Origin: Octopus sinensis
Taxonomy: Eukaryota
Assembly (NCBI RefSeq): GCF_006345805.1
Contig: NW_021835457.1
Location: 74,945-138,944 of the forward strand
Length of the DNA stretch: 64,000 nucleotides
Direction: 5' to 3'
Under the pieces are notes generated by a model, which ran no database searches, had not been told where the DNA came from, and saw nothing but the letters and a program-made list of their open reading frames with translations. Both the position numbers and the translations under genes were made by a program. Below, piece by piece: positions 12,501 to 27,405 of this stretch; position 1 is the stretch's first letter, and each line of letters opens with the position of its first letter.

Positions 12501-13880
12501 GGGGTTCATAAGTGCCAAATTGACTTGAAAATGGTATACATCAATGTAACGAAAATTACTGCATAAATAAAGTAATCTAGTGATTTAAATATTTGAATGT
12601 ACATCCAAGATAAGTGATCCAAGCTATCAAATGAGTTATTTAGTATTCTCTTAACGAGTTTCCTCTAAAGTTACTGGTATTAATGAAATGTTATTATAAT
12701 AATCTCAAGTAGGGTAAATTCGAAAATAATTCTCCATTGGGAATTCAACGCCATTTAGAATGAAAAGTCTTTTTGTATGTTTCGAAACATGTTCTGTATT
12801 AAATATACAGTTTTGTAAATTTGTTTCCTTTTAAAATAAGCAATTTTTTAAAAACTCTTTTGGTTAATTTCCAGTCTTTTGGATCACAAAGTGACAAAAA
12901 ATAGAACAAGTGGAACCATTCTAATTAAAGGTCATATTTTATTGTGAATAACTCATTGGTTAGACATTTAATTGATATATTTTTTAAACTGTTTTTGTTA
13001 TCTTATGAATCATAAGATATCTGTAAATAAGAATATTTGTGAGGTTATTCAATAATAATTCGGTGGAAAACATATCGCACGTATACATCTTCCAGCCTAT
13101 AACTTTTTTCAATACTTACTCATTTGTGTTTCCAACATTGTTTGTTGACAATTTAGTATTTATTGTAGTATCTACCAGAACTTCCAACAAATCATTAGAT
13201 ACTGCATTTTTCTGTAATCATCAGTCGTTCATTGACAGAAAAATATCGAGGTTGTCAATGGAGTTCAGAAAAGGAGCTCATATTTGTCGTAAACTAGAAT
13301 TTTCAGTTTCGTGCCCAACTTTGTATGCAATAAAGTAAGATCCAGACAGGCTATTTACGTTTGGCGAGGGTTTCCTAGCCGCGCAGTCTAGATCATCATT
13401 GAGTTATAGGTCTGGCTATTTCAGAGTGCAATAATTGATAGCTCTTATATGATAGCTACAGCTGGGACTACTTCCCTACATACAGCTGGGACTACTTCCC
13501 TAAAACTTTATACAGAACTTTTTGAGAAAACCAAAACAGCAAAACCAATATTAAAGAGGAAGATAAAAAAATCATGTTCCGACACTATATGAAGCTAGTG
13601 AATATGCAAAAGCGCATGAATTATGGTTTCTTGAGAATGATTATGAATAAAGAGGAAAAATATACGAAATACAAAAAAATAATACAAAAAAATTTCAAAA
13701 AATTATCAAACTAATCATTCTTAAAAAATCACGATTACATGATTAAAATCTCTAAATAATCTTTGTAATTATACTTTAATATTGTTTATTGTTATTTTGA
13801 TTTCTTGTTCTATTTTTATTGTTCACTATAGAATTGACTGTATAAGACTTTGTATTATGGTAGCGTCAGAATCTAAATCA

Positions 13881-14737
13881 GCCTTATAAATTAGAATGCG
13901 AAACCACTAGTCTTAGGAAACACGCTGTAGGAATCGAGCGTGGATATTGTAGGAATGTTTAAGTTACGTCCATCTCATGTTAATACATTGGCTATATTTT
14001 TACTCTTGCATGATAAATTAATTCCAGCTCTTTAGACAAGAGGTAATATTTTCTGACAGTCTTAGGTAACAAGGAGTCGACACAAGTGGCATCTCAGAAC
14101 AGGAACTTTCCTTCCCTAAAAAATAGTCACCCCGTCGGGACGCTAACCGTCACAAGCAAATACAAATAATAAGACTAATTTTTTAATAGTTAAGAAATTG
14201 TCATAAACTCAATTTCTTATTATTTTCCAGAACGTAACGTGAGATTACCTGACGAGAAATCTTCCTCGGATTGCTTAGGTTGTCTAAAATATTTCGACTA
14301 AAATTCACAACTTATTGATCTCTTTCTTAGGAAGCGCACCTTTCCTTTTTTTTGCTCTACTTATCTCTAATGATTCATCTAAAAAAGATTTAAAAATTTA
14401 ATCAACAGACTTTTTCCGCAGATTTGAAATAGCTTGACGTTTTTTAAGTGAACATTCTTTGATTAATTCATCTCCTAATATAGCAAAATAATGACAAACT
14501 CGATCAAACCTTCAAATTATTTAGATTTCATCAAAAATTGATACTTTTGACATATGCAGCTCATTCAATGATTGGGCCATATTCGATGTGATTCTCTTTA
14601 AAATACAATTTCACTGTCAGACACATCTTTAAAACTTTCATTCTCACCCTTGGGAATTCTTCAATAATGGACGTCAAAATATTTAAATAATGCCTTATAA
14701 ATTAAAATGCGAAACCACTAGTGTTAGGAAACACGCT
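13881..14737. repeat. Pair of 46-bp direct repeats (13881-13926 and 14692-14737)
   Basis: GCCTTATAAATTAGAATGCGAAACCACTAGTCTTAGGAAACACGCT with 2 mismatches between copies. Confidence 0.8.
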
Positions 14738-15104
14738 ATAATGTCCACATAATACTAGTCTACTTTAATATGTAATATTCATTTTTAGAGAACTTAACTG
14801 GAACTCAAAATTGTCTCATTATTTCCTTACATGGTTACATTCACATCATTCAAACAAAATAATTCCCGATAATAAATTAAAAATCCAGATCTTCAGTGAT
14901 TTCTCTTCTTCACTTGGAAGAAGAGTTTTCCATAGACTTCCTGCATTTTGTATTTCTGCGTCAATGATTTTATTCAACTGAGTGTCCTCACGACATGCCA
15001 GCTCCGCAAGTTGATTGGAGGCACAGGCGTACTTCTCGTTGTCTACCTTCATCCCATGTCTGTGCTCGATAAGCATACTCTCTAGCGTTCTCTTTACGAC
15101 AACC

Positions 15105-15450
15105 ATTCAATATTAAAAATATGTCCGTTAAATATGCTAATTTTAATTTCCAAATCGAATTGCTAATCAATTCATTGTTCTCTCGCAAAAAATTCACTAA
15201 TCATATTCTTGGCTAGTGCCCTTCCTCGTGACGATTATCGTATTTCAATATGTACCAATAAATTCTTATCGCATAAAGAATTAAAAATTCTGGAATTTTT
15301 GGATCGAGTTTTTATATAATTGATCATTTTTATGTCATCATTCATAACTGATTTCAAAGCAGGCGGGTAAGTTTTCGGAACCAATACTTCACGATATAAG
15401 AAACAATGTGTAGAGACTATTTGATCATTCTGTGCTTTAGTAAAGAAACC
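15105..15450 (-). mobile_element. hAT (Buster/Charlie-like) transposase fragment
   Basis: HCFLYREVL...MINYIKTRSKNSRIF...WKLKLAYLTDIFLILN. Confidence 0.65.
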
Positions 15451-15518
15451 TGAATTTAATTATATAAAAAACAATATACAAGTCCATTAAGTATTCCAGA
15501 CATGAATGGATTAATATA

Positions 15519-16320
15519 CAATGAAACCTCTCGAATCCGCTTGTTTTAATCAAAAATTTGAAATTTCCTATGAATGATTCTCGAATCCGCTCCTCAAGTA
15601 TTATGAAAATTTTTTTATCTAATTGTAAGTTACATTAATTAACATTTAAAAATTTTCATTCTTCGCTTGGAATAAAGTTACTCCTACGACCATCAAAAAA
15701 TGTTTCCGTCATCCACAATGGATAAAATGTGAAACAATCACAATCAACAGTGAATCTAAGAACTACGAAAATAATTATGAAGAAATAATTAAGAAATTTC
15801 AAATTGACGATCCAATATCTTATAGTGAATTTGTTGATTATGGATATACTGAAAATGAAGAGCTGATGGAATTTTTAAAATAATCTGAACAAGCTAATAC
15901 ATTACAGTCAAAAAAGTTTAATCAGTTAGTGATTTTATTTAATAATTATACTTAGGAAACAATTATTGAAGAGAAATCAAATGAGAAAAGAGTTAATTTT
16001 TCAGAAGCTTTCAGAGCTCTAGAGATTATTAAAACTAATGCTTCTCAAGTAAATGCAGATAATTTTTTTTTAAATCAATTTAATTAGATAATTAAAACTA
16101 ATTTACGAAAATATTATGAAAATTGGTGAAATGTTAAGAAAATTAATTAAAAAAACATAAAATTTCTGATTTTTATGAATATAAATAATTTTATGTATTC
16201 AGTCATTTGTATATAAAAAGAAATGTTTAATCTTATTGCAAGTTCATGTTTCAACTATAAAATATTATTTAAATTGCCTCTCGAATCCGCCGATCAAAAA
16301 ATCGACTTGGAGGCGGTCAT
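15519..16320 (+). mobile_element. pogo/Tigger-like element remnant
   Basis: Terminal motif CAATGAAACCTCTCGAATCCGC; DDE C-terminal remnant AWNKVTPTTIKKCFRH. Confidence 0.55.
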
Positions 16321-16440
16321 TTCGGCATTTTAAATCGTCTCGGGACACAAAAGTGACATCCAAATTCACTCTCAAATACCTCAAATATAACGTAATAAAG
16401 CAATTTAATGAGAGAAAAGTATAAGAATATAAACAAATAA

Positions 16441-18487
16441 TCACGGAAGAGCACCGTCCAGCCAGTAAATCAGAGTATTTGCACTCGATTGAGTAGCCTT
16501 CTGTATATCCACATGAGAATTGGAGAGGGCATTCTCCATCAATGCCACAACGTGCTGCAATCCTCGAATATCTCCACTCATCTCCAACAAATCTGCCCAC
16601 AATCAGCCAAAAAATAAACCTTTATGCATTCCAAGCAACCACAACTGCAAAGTCGAGTCATTGAACTTAGAAGTGGTAGAACTGGCCTGATTCAACACGT
16701 TTATGGCATCCTGAATGTGACCCACCACACACCTGATACTCCCCCATCCCCGACAAAACATAGCCCAAAATGGCCATACAAATATTCGACAGACGTCCAA
16801 AACTATTAAAAGTGGCCATCGACAGTGTCTCGCTGATTGTCTCTCTACAATCAAGTCTAAAAACAAACTTGGCCTCCATCATTTGATTGACTTGGACAAG
16901 CGTGAGAGTCTTGATTATTCTGACGACTACCCACGTGTTGTCCGACCTACAAATGAGTGACCCCACTCACGGTATTCCTTCAACATATTATTGACCATCA
17001 TTATTAGAGAATTGAACTCCCCATGTCTCCCACACAGCAAATACACAAACACTAAATTAGCAGTCGTCATGGACTTGAAGTAAGGGTTAATCGACGACTG
17101 AAGGTAAGACCCCCCCCTTACCTCCATTACGAACACAAACTGGGAAATAGCACTGTCCAACTGGTCAGTGGAGAGGGCATACAGTCCCTGCCAATCACCA
17201 GAAGGACAAACCAACAGGAAATGCACATCCAAATAATTCTGTGAGTTATAATTGCAGTTTTCTCCCAAAAGAGCCACCATTTTCTCAATCTGCCAATCAG
17301 ACTGGACTGAATACCTGAAGGATGGCCACAGCTCTGTTGGGGACCATCAGATTGCAGACAACTCTCAAAAAATACAAATGATGTTCCAACACACGCCTAA
17401 ATGGAGAGGAATCTGCCTAATTTGAGGGAATACCTCTCTCTAAAGACACCAAACTCGAACTGATCAGACTATCCGTCAAAATAACTGATTCCACATGGAT
17501 TTGATAGGCAGAAATAGCCTAAGGTGATATGTGGGGACATACAATGGCAGCACATGCGGAAATGGAGGATGGATCAAGCCAGTGTCCCTCAATCAGTCCA
17601 TATCCCCCCACCACATCCACAAACACCCCCCTGAAGACAATATTCTGTAATTCAACCACACAAAACCCAGCATCCTTAACCTACGGAATACAACCAGAAA
17701 TGACCTTCCCAACAGTCAGTCTACTATAAATGGAGAGAATTAAATAAATTGTGTGCATAGTGGGGTGGTCAGTGAAGGGGGCACAACTCTCCAACAGTCT
17801 CATCCCCCGGTCGAAACAGCCCATGCAGAAATATAGCTGAAATTACCCCACAAAGTACGATTGACTGGTTGAAGAAGACACATTTCCTGATTATGGGCAG
17901 ATTCTGTTTTACTGAGAATTTGGTGATGAGTTCGAGGATTTGGAAGGCTGACTGGAAGTCCTCCTGCACGAAATCGACGTACTGAGTGGGGAGGGGGGAA
18001 TACAGCCAGTTCGTGCATCAGGCGGACATACCAATAATTGTCTGTCGTCACGTCGATTATATTTCTCAACAATTCTTCCGCCTTTTCAAATTCGCGCTTA
18101 AATTAGTGGCGGGAAATTACCTTTTCTTTGTAGATTCCCGCCAAAAGTGAGGCGGCTTCGTAGACTGTGTTGTCGGGGGTTACGTTCTGAGTGATTACGT
18201 AATAGTTACTTGGAATTTGGAGAAGGACTAGGACATGAGGGCGGGAAAATACCGCTTTTTCGAGGAAGTGAATTCCCATGTTCTGGGAGTGGTAAATTAG
18301 GCCGAGAAATGAGTTTATTTTGCAGTAGAGGGTGGAATCCAGTTCAAAGTAGAATGCAGCCAGAAGGCATTTTGTGGCTCTGAATAAATCGTTGGGGCCC
18401 AGTTTCTTGGCCAGAAGGTAGAGGGTGTAAGGACGGTCCAATTTAGAATTGGTCTCCTATTTTTATTAACTCTGAGTTAACTACCAT
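16441..18487 (-). CDS. MAU2: MAU2/Scc4 cohesin loading factor
   Basis: FLEKA, YEAASLLAGIY, YWYVRLMHELA, ETLSMATFNSFGRL, QLWLL and C-terminal LIYWLDGALP* follow the MAU2 motif order. ATG is followed directly by a 28-nt intron. Confidence 0.85.
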
Positions 18488-18643
18488 GGATAACAAACCT
18501 AAGTATATTTAAAATTTTTTATTGCCAAACATTTATTAAAAATAAAAACCATTTTTAATTAACTCAATATATCCAATAAAGACAAACTAATCAAATAAAC
18601 TCGACTTTTTTTTATAAAAAATCAAAATTATATCAGGCCAATA

Positions 18644-20090
18644 TTAGCAGGATTGAAGCACAGAAATGATAGCCCGAATATCCTCATTGACAGAATCGTC
18701 AGAGAACACCTACAATAAGAGCAGAGAGCAAACAGTCAGACTAATCACATCCACAAACTCAGCCAAAACAGCAGCCATTCTGTCCATACACGACTCATCC
18801 AATACTTCCCTAACCCGACTGGCCAGCCACCCCACTCTCCGTACAAGACAGCCAATAAAGAAGGCAGCATAGGCCGAAATGACCGACTCGTCCATATGAC
18901 TGGTCCCCTGCTCTGCATGTCTCTCAAACAACTCAAAATAACACCCAACACTACCAAACATATTTCACGGAAATTATCCGAGGATAAACACCCCGGAAAA
19001 CTCATTTTAAGCACCTGGGAAGGATCATCCCCCAATAAATTATAAACAAGAGACAATCCCTACAATCTAAACACATCCCCACCAAAACACACAAATCCAG
19101 TTCATAGTGCTTCGGAAACACGTGTGGAAGACACAAAACAGAGGACAGTCCCACTGGAAGGAGATCAGTCCCTTCTTTGGTGTGGGAAGTGAGGGTGACA
19201 CTCAGTTTGAGCATCCCCACATAACACACCCGATAGTCCTCCCCCCTTTCAGTCCCCTCCACCAACATTGTCAGCACATTTGTGAGCAGGCGAGTGAGAG
19301 GGGGGGACAGAGGGGACACATCTGAGGGGAATTGGGTCACTCCACACAAAATATTGTCCAAAACACTCACCAGTCGACTCACTCGTTGTATATCCTCAAT
19401 ACAAGAACAGTCCTGGCAATATTCCCCACCAATTCGAATAAGAGAGGACACAATGGACTCCTCGTATTCCCCAATGTTATGTCCACTCAGCATATTCAAT
19501 GTCTCCACAGCCAAGTCGACAGTCTGGAATAACCCACCCACATACAGTCGGGCAGTCTGGGAGGGCAACAGAAGGAAGGGACCCCATCTGATAAGCTGGT
19601 TGTGAGAGGATGAGGGAGAGGGAGTGGAAGAGGAGTGGGAGACAGTCCTGTGTGGGAGGGGAGGGGAGTGTCCAGAGGGAGTAGGACAGTGCACACACAT
19701 CAGTCTGGGTGTCACAGCCAATACAACCTTCGACAGGTCAGAGGCATTAAAAGTGCGAATTGTGTCCAACAAAACATCCTTGTCTCCCAAATCAGCTGTT
19801 TTTAGTGCATTCTGGTATATATAGGATTGTCCCTTTGTCTGCTTTCGGGTGGTTGAAGGGGTCAGAGAAGGGGGTCTGGTCGTGGGGATTACAGTCTCGC
19901 TTTTTGCAAAGTCGAAGGGGTCTGTTACTGTCTCTTTCTTGTACAATCCACGAAATTGTTTGGCGTGCTTTCCCCCCTCCAGCCATATTTTCTGGGGGAA
20001 ATTGCTGTCACTCGCCACTGAGCGAAGACAGTCGATTGAGGCAGTCAAACACTCAGAAATATTCTTCTCCCGCTTTGTAGGTTTAGGCAT
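18644..20090 (-). CDS. WAPL: WAPL cohesin release factor, compact form
   Basis: DLAVETLNML, VLCLPHVFPKHYELDLCVL|GLSLVYNL, HMDESVISAYAAFFIGCL..RVREVL and IRAIISVLQSC* match the WAPL domain (HMEDCIVASYTALLLGCL, ISRVIEYLEHC). Confidence 0.85.
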
Positions 20091-20162
20091 CCAAAACACC
20101 ACAAGAACAGTTTCTTAAATTATTATTTTATTCAACAAATAAAAAACAACCAATTAATATTA

Positions 20163-21869
<1,707 letters not shown>

Positions 21870-21965
21870 GTGCAAATCAAATATAATTAATATATTTTTT
21901 AATTAATATTAAACTTCAATTAATTCCATAAATAATTATTGTATTTATTTAAAGGCCAATTAGTA

Positions 21966-23522
21966 TTAAGTTCATCCGATTGGGTGACCTATGGGTAATC
22001 GGGCTATCTTACCGGAATGCCCATCGAACTGACAAAGCTAACTAAATCCTGCAACGACCTATCTCCTGAATACGCCTTATAAGACTCATATCCCTTGTTT
22101 GGTCCTTTCGGATAGAACAAGGTGGTCGGGAATGCTTCAATGTCCAGTTTGTATTCATTTTTAGTCCCATCCGTCTTGGCGATGACCAGGTCGGGCACCC
22201 ACTCGAGTTTGGCTCCCAGTCTGTCCCAAGTCACGTTCAGTTTCCTGCTGTGTCCACACCACGGGGCATCTGCACTCAGTTTATAAAACACTTACAAATA
22301 AATACAAAAACGCTCTTATTTTCATCAAAGACAATTTCCTCAAAGTTTTCCAAAGTCAGCACTTTGGTAGGAAATTTGTCCCAGTCCTTGTGGAGAGGCT
22401 CCTTTTTGTAGGTGGGCTGTCCACTCAACACAACCCCCAACCTCGAGCTGGTCACTGTCCAACCTAATCAAAAAGTCGAGGACATTCTCCTTGGTCAGAT
22501 CCTCCTTTTCCGGCCTGAATTTCAACGTCTTGTCTCCAAGGTGGACTCCTCTGAAAGTAGGCAGTTCCACTGGCCCGAAAAAGTCGAGGATGAGTCCCAG
22601 TCTCGTATCCTTGGCCGACATGACCGCAATTTGAATCTTCCCCACAAAATCCTCGACTGCCTCATTCAGCATTGCCAACAAATCCTCCCCAGGACTTTCC
22701 TCAATCAAAACAATCACAGTTTTCCTATCGGAATGCTCTTTTAATACATTATTAGAGTTTTGGGGACTCAATTCGACCACACTGGCCATTTTGTTGTACT
22801 CAATAAAGTCCAGAATGGCCATGCTTGTATTTTCTGCCCCCTCTGGGTAGCCCACACTCCTTTTGTCAGTCTGTCCGTTATTCCTATAAAAGTACATGTC
22901 TGTAAATGTAGAGATGACTTTTCCTGGAAGAATTGAGTGTCTCCAGTAGAGAATATTCTAGAACATAGGCAAAGACCAAATCGCTGTGTCTGCTTGCGTT
23001 CTGATAGCTCAATGAGGTGTCCTAAACACGTGATTTATTCAGGCACGTGGGCAATGACGAATGATTTGTCGGTCAATTTTGACAACTGGGAGTGGCTGGT
23101 GATGAAAATGAGTCCTTTTCCTGTCCTCTTTTTGAGGAATTTGATTATTTCCTCAGAGTCACGTATTCCTGGGTTTTCAGACTGGGGTACCTTCGAATTT
23201 GAATGTGTCGTTCTGGACGAAAAGGATGAGAGTTGGGTACATTCTCACGTTTTTGTCATTCGCTAGTTTTTCCTCTTTTGAGCAATCCACGGTGGCAAAT
23301 TTGACTTCCAGCTGGTCAGAAAGTTCAGATATTTTTTGATAAATCGGCAAAAAACGCTTGGATTGTTCCCCCCAGGGGACATCTATTCTTCAGAGGACAC
23401 TGCTTACAAAAATTGACTAAAACTGCTTCGTTTTTTTGAATGAATTGTTGGAAGGTTTTTAATGTTAGTTTGGTCACTTCACACCCCACAAGGCAAGACA
23501 GGACCAAAAATGGTGTCAACAT
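21966..23522 (-). CDS. Protein disulfide isomerase family member (a-b-b'-a') with atypical active sites
   Basis: Signal peptide MLTPFLVLSCLVG; domain a FYVPWGEQSK...FATVDC...YPTL; domain a' APWCGHSRK...IAKTDG..AFPT; C-terminal SDEL. Confidence 0.85.
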
Positions 23523-23849
23523 TAATTACGATAGTCCTACATTTTATTGATCAAATAATTATTTTATAAATAATTTAAAATCAATAAAAAAAACATGTTT
23601 TATAAATTTTTCTCCATGTTTAAAATCTACACTTAATATTCAGACAATTTAGTAAACCGCTAAGAAGGGATGACGACTATCAGTAGGGATTGACACCTGG
23701 ACTTTAAATTTATGGAAAAATGTGGTTGATTGAGTCGTCATTGTTTATTTGTCACTGATATGTATAATAAAAAATCAATGTTTGTATTTGTTAGTATAAG
23801 ACTTTGTTATATTCAAAAATTATTTTGTAGACTCAAAAATATATTCACT

Positions 23850-25495
23850 TTAATTGGTCGAAAGATTGGCCTCCGAAAGTTCCTGGAACAAATAGAAAAG
23901 CCCGGAATTGTTGGTCGCCTCGAGGACACTGATTCCGTGGAAGGCTCGGTATCTGATGACTTGGAGGTCGTTTATCAGATTTATGAACATAGCACGCGCT
24001 TGGAAGGGAGTATAGGTCGACTGGAGGTAAAGAGAGAGGAGATATCCGTAGTGTTCTTGTGTTTTGGTTATGATAGTCTGCAATATAACCCAATCGACTA
24101 ACCATGTTGTTCAGACTCACTCGTTCGGGGGAAAACACAGCGATTAAAATTAGCAATTGGAGAGCTTTGAGGTCCCCAGCTGAGTGTTCGTGTAATTCTT
24201 TGGAGACATCACAGTGCTGGACAATATCCTCGATTCCTTCAAACTGGAATGAATTTGTGGACATGGCAGAATCAAACGAATTGGAATCGTTGTGATATAA
24301 ACCACATGCTTGGGACATTATGCTCAAACGAATCGTCAGCAGTACAATTATCGAAGACTGGGATCACCAACAAACACTACTTTGAACAGATTGAGTCTGT
24401 CTTCCATGTCCAGATTCCTATATTCGTCAAAATGTCGCAGAAATTGAAAGAATTGTCTGACTCGACAACTCATCGAATCAGTGTTAGCAAACACTCTACA
24501 AATCAGATTCATAACTAACCTGTAAAAAATGTAATTTATATTTTCCAGCATCTGAACTGCCTCTTCCGAAAGACACATTTTGGGAGCATTCTCCAGTATT
24601 TCCCCTGTGGAGGACATGACGGGTAATTGAGGGGCGAATTTGACCACAAGGTGATTCGAAAAGTCCTCAAATGACTTGGGGTACTCAAAATCCTCTCTGA
24701 ACACACAGTCGTAGAATCCGCTGTCCTTGTGTTCCTTTCCCTGTGGATATGTGTAGTCCATTCCAGTAAAGTAAGTCATATCAAACGTGTTTTTCCGGAT
24801 ATTTCGATGCATTTCGGCGGGAAAAGAATGATGTCTTTGCATAGGCGGGTACATTTGTTCGGTTATTTGACAGTAGTTGTAGGGAAATGGCACCGAACAT
24901 GTCGATTCGTAGTTATGTGGACTGATCAAAACAGAATTGGAAATTTCCTGATTTGCTTCTCGCGAATTTTTTCTTTTATGTTCAATTTTTACACGTCTTT
25001 TCTTTAGTTGGTCATCAGCTGGGGGATTATAAACACGGCTTACTGAGAATCCACTGCTTTTTCATTCCAACGCTGAAACATTTGTTGAGTCGACAGGCGG
25101 GACAGAACTTGCGGGTGAAAGGAGTGAGGGCACACTCCCCGTTGAAGGCACAACGAGTGTTCTAAGGGATATATTATGGAGGACTACCTTCTTTCTGAGA
25201 GCATTGCGTCTGAAAAAGGCTTTGCAGGATTCACAGGTGACTGCATTAAAATTGTAGCCGAGTGCTTTATCTCCACATATGGCACACAAATACTGGAACT
25301 GGTGTCCTTTGGGTTTACTTCTCCGTTTATGGTGTTCGACGTGTTCGCCGAGTTGGACTCCCTAGAGTTGTAGCCAAGTAACTAATAGCATTGTTTGCGC
25401 CTGCTGAACCAAAGTGTCTAACCACTGGGGCATTTACTTACTTCAAATTCGGAGGAATCGATCGTATCTTCTCTTATCATTTGGCTGGAATTCAT
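23850..25495 (-). CDS. HR96: Nuclear hormone receptor, NR1J/HR96 group
   Basis: [32 protein letters not shown] (CESCKA P-box), second finger CPFNGEC...CPACRLNKC; [16 protein letters not shown]-like segment, LIAVFSPER and AF2-like LFQELS. Confidence 0.85.
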
Positions 25496-27405
25496 TTCAT
25501 AGGACTTGTCAGCCGACCTACATAGATAGTGCCAGTGGGCATGAGAATTATCGATATACAATTAGCGCTTAATAACCAAGAGAGTGTTCGCAAAATACAG
25601 AACAAAAAACAAGAACGAGCATGCAATACAAATTTATGCAAAACCGACAAACGCGTGATAAATGCGACCATTAGACGTCTACCGATAAAGATAGAATTAG
25701 GCTATGTCTTAAACAAAGTGCTGATAGCGCCATTTAAGTTTCCTGCTAATGAAATATATATTTTTCGAACAAAAAAGCATTCAGTATTGTGTGACAATAT
25801 ATCGACAAACCCATTAAATATATTGACTTACAAAAAACACGACACACACCTCACCGACACAAACCAAAATAAAAATTCAATCTCGGAATTTTAGCGTCTT
25901 TATTCTCCTATCGACCGGCAACTGTCACGCAATTCGCTTTGATTTTTTAGATCGCAAATAACAAAACTTGACTCGATTCACAACTTAAGTCCATAAATGA
26001 AGGGTAAGGGTTGTGGTCTCTTATCTTTTAATGACCTCTTGCATTACGCACATCAATCATAGTACAACTTGATTCTTATTTTGTATAAATTTGACAATTC
26101 TTTGAACTGGAAAATATACTTTCTGTTCAATCATTTTAATAGTACCTCGTCCACTAAAGTACACCATTGTTTAAACAAATGACCTCGTATTACCTAAATG
26201 GTACATTTAATTTAGTCAATTTGAATAAAACTGTTTATATATCTGAATATATAGAGGTTTACCACTTCCCTCAAAGTGTACTTTACTATATATAATTATA
26301 TGTCAGGCTATAATTATTAATGCTATTTTTGAGTTTCCTAGTAACTATCCAAATAAATTTGTGTTGTAATCGACACTTTTTTGATTTAGCAAACACATTT
26401 TTTTAGTCCAAATAATATTTTGTCGATTTTTTGATAAGTATTTTTCATGACTTGTTTTGTCGATATGAAATACAAGTACAGTAGTTTCATCAACATTTTG
26501 ACAGTAAATTGTATTTAGGTATTGAAATTCAGTTTTTGATTTCGTTTATTAATGTATTATAAAACAATATTTGGTCGAGTCTATGAGTGAATGACAAAAA
26601 CTGAGAAAAAAAATTCGTCTCAATTTTCGTCTACAAAAGACCGCATAAAATGATAAAATGTCCAATTCTGAGTGATTGAGACTTGCGGTTAGATATTTCT
26701 CTTGTTCCATAATAAAAACACATTTTGTTTAGTCATGTACATTTTCGTTTAAAAAGATCAACCAGAATTTATCCGACAGGTTGTAAAATGAATATAGACT
26801 AGTGACGTCATAAAATAAAGTACAAAAATCAAAGTTTATTTATTAAACCACATGATTGAGAACTGGAAGTAATGCTCCTGTCGGGAAATGGGGTGCCTTC
26901 CCAAAAATAAGCTGATAAGTGAATGACTTGTTTAATTTTTGGAGAAAGGCTCTATAAATGTACATTTGATTAAATTCAAATAAAAGAGTAAAAAATTATT
27001 ATAAAAAATAAAAACTCCATTTCAAGTCATTGTATATAAAGAATTCAAGATTTAATCCAAGTTTCCACATTTCAAATATATGATAGGGTAAATATGATTA
27101 ACAAATCTCTCAATATATTGATTTAATGATAAAAATGTAAAAAAACTAATATTGACCCAATATTAAAGATAACAATGATTTAAAGGTTGACAACATTTAT
27201 CCTTATCATAATCCATTATCAAACCAACAATTAGAAAAAGGCGAGTGGTAAGCATTGTTAATCTCCAACTTGGCCAATACAAACTTTTTAAGACTAATTG
27301 ATAGACAGATTTTAATTATTAGACATACAACTGATGTACGAGACGAACACCCAGTCTTAGACAACAAAAATAAATGCAATGCACTGACAAAAAAGTAAAA
27401 AATAA

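Noticed and set aside
11400-13330. Possible minus-strand cadherin-like gene remnants
   Set aside because: Only vague motifs (VGAILITAQAYD, KILVYDKYE) with many stops; no consistent spliced frame could be built.
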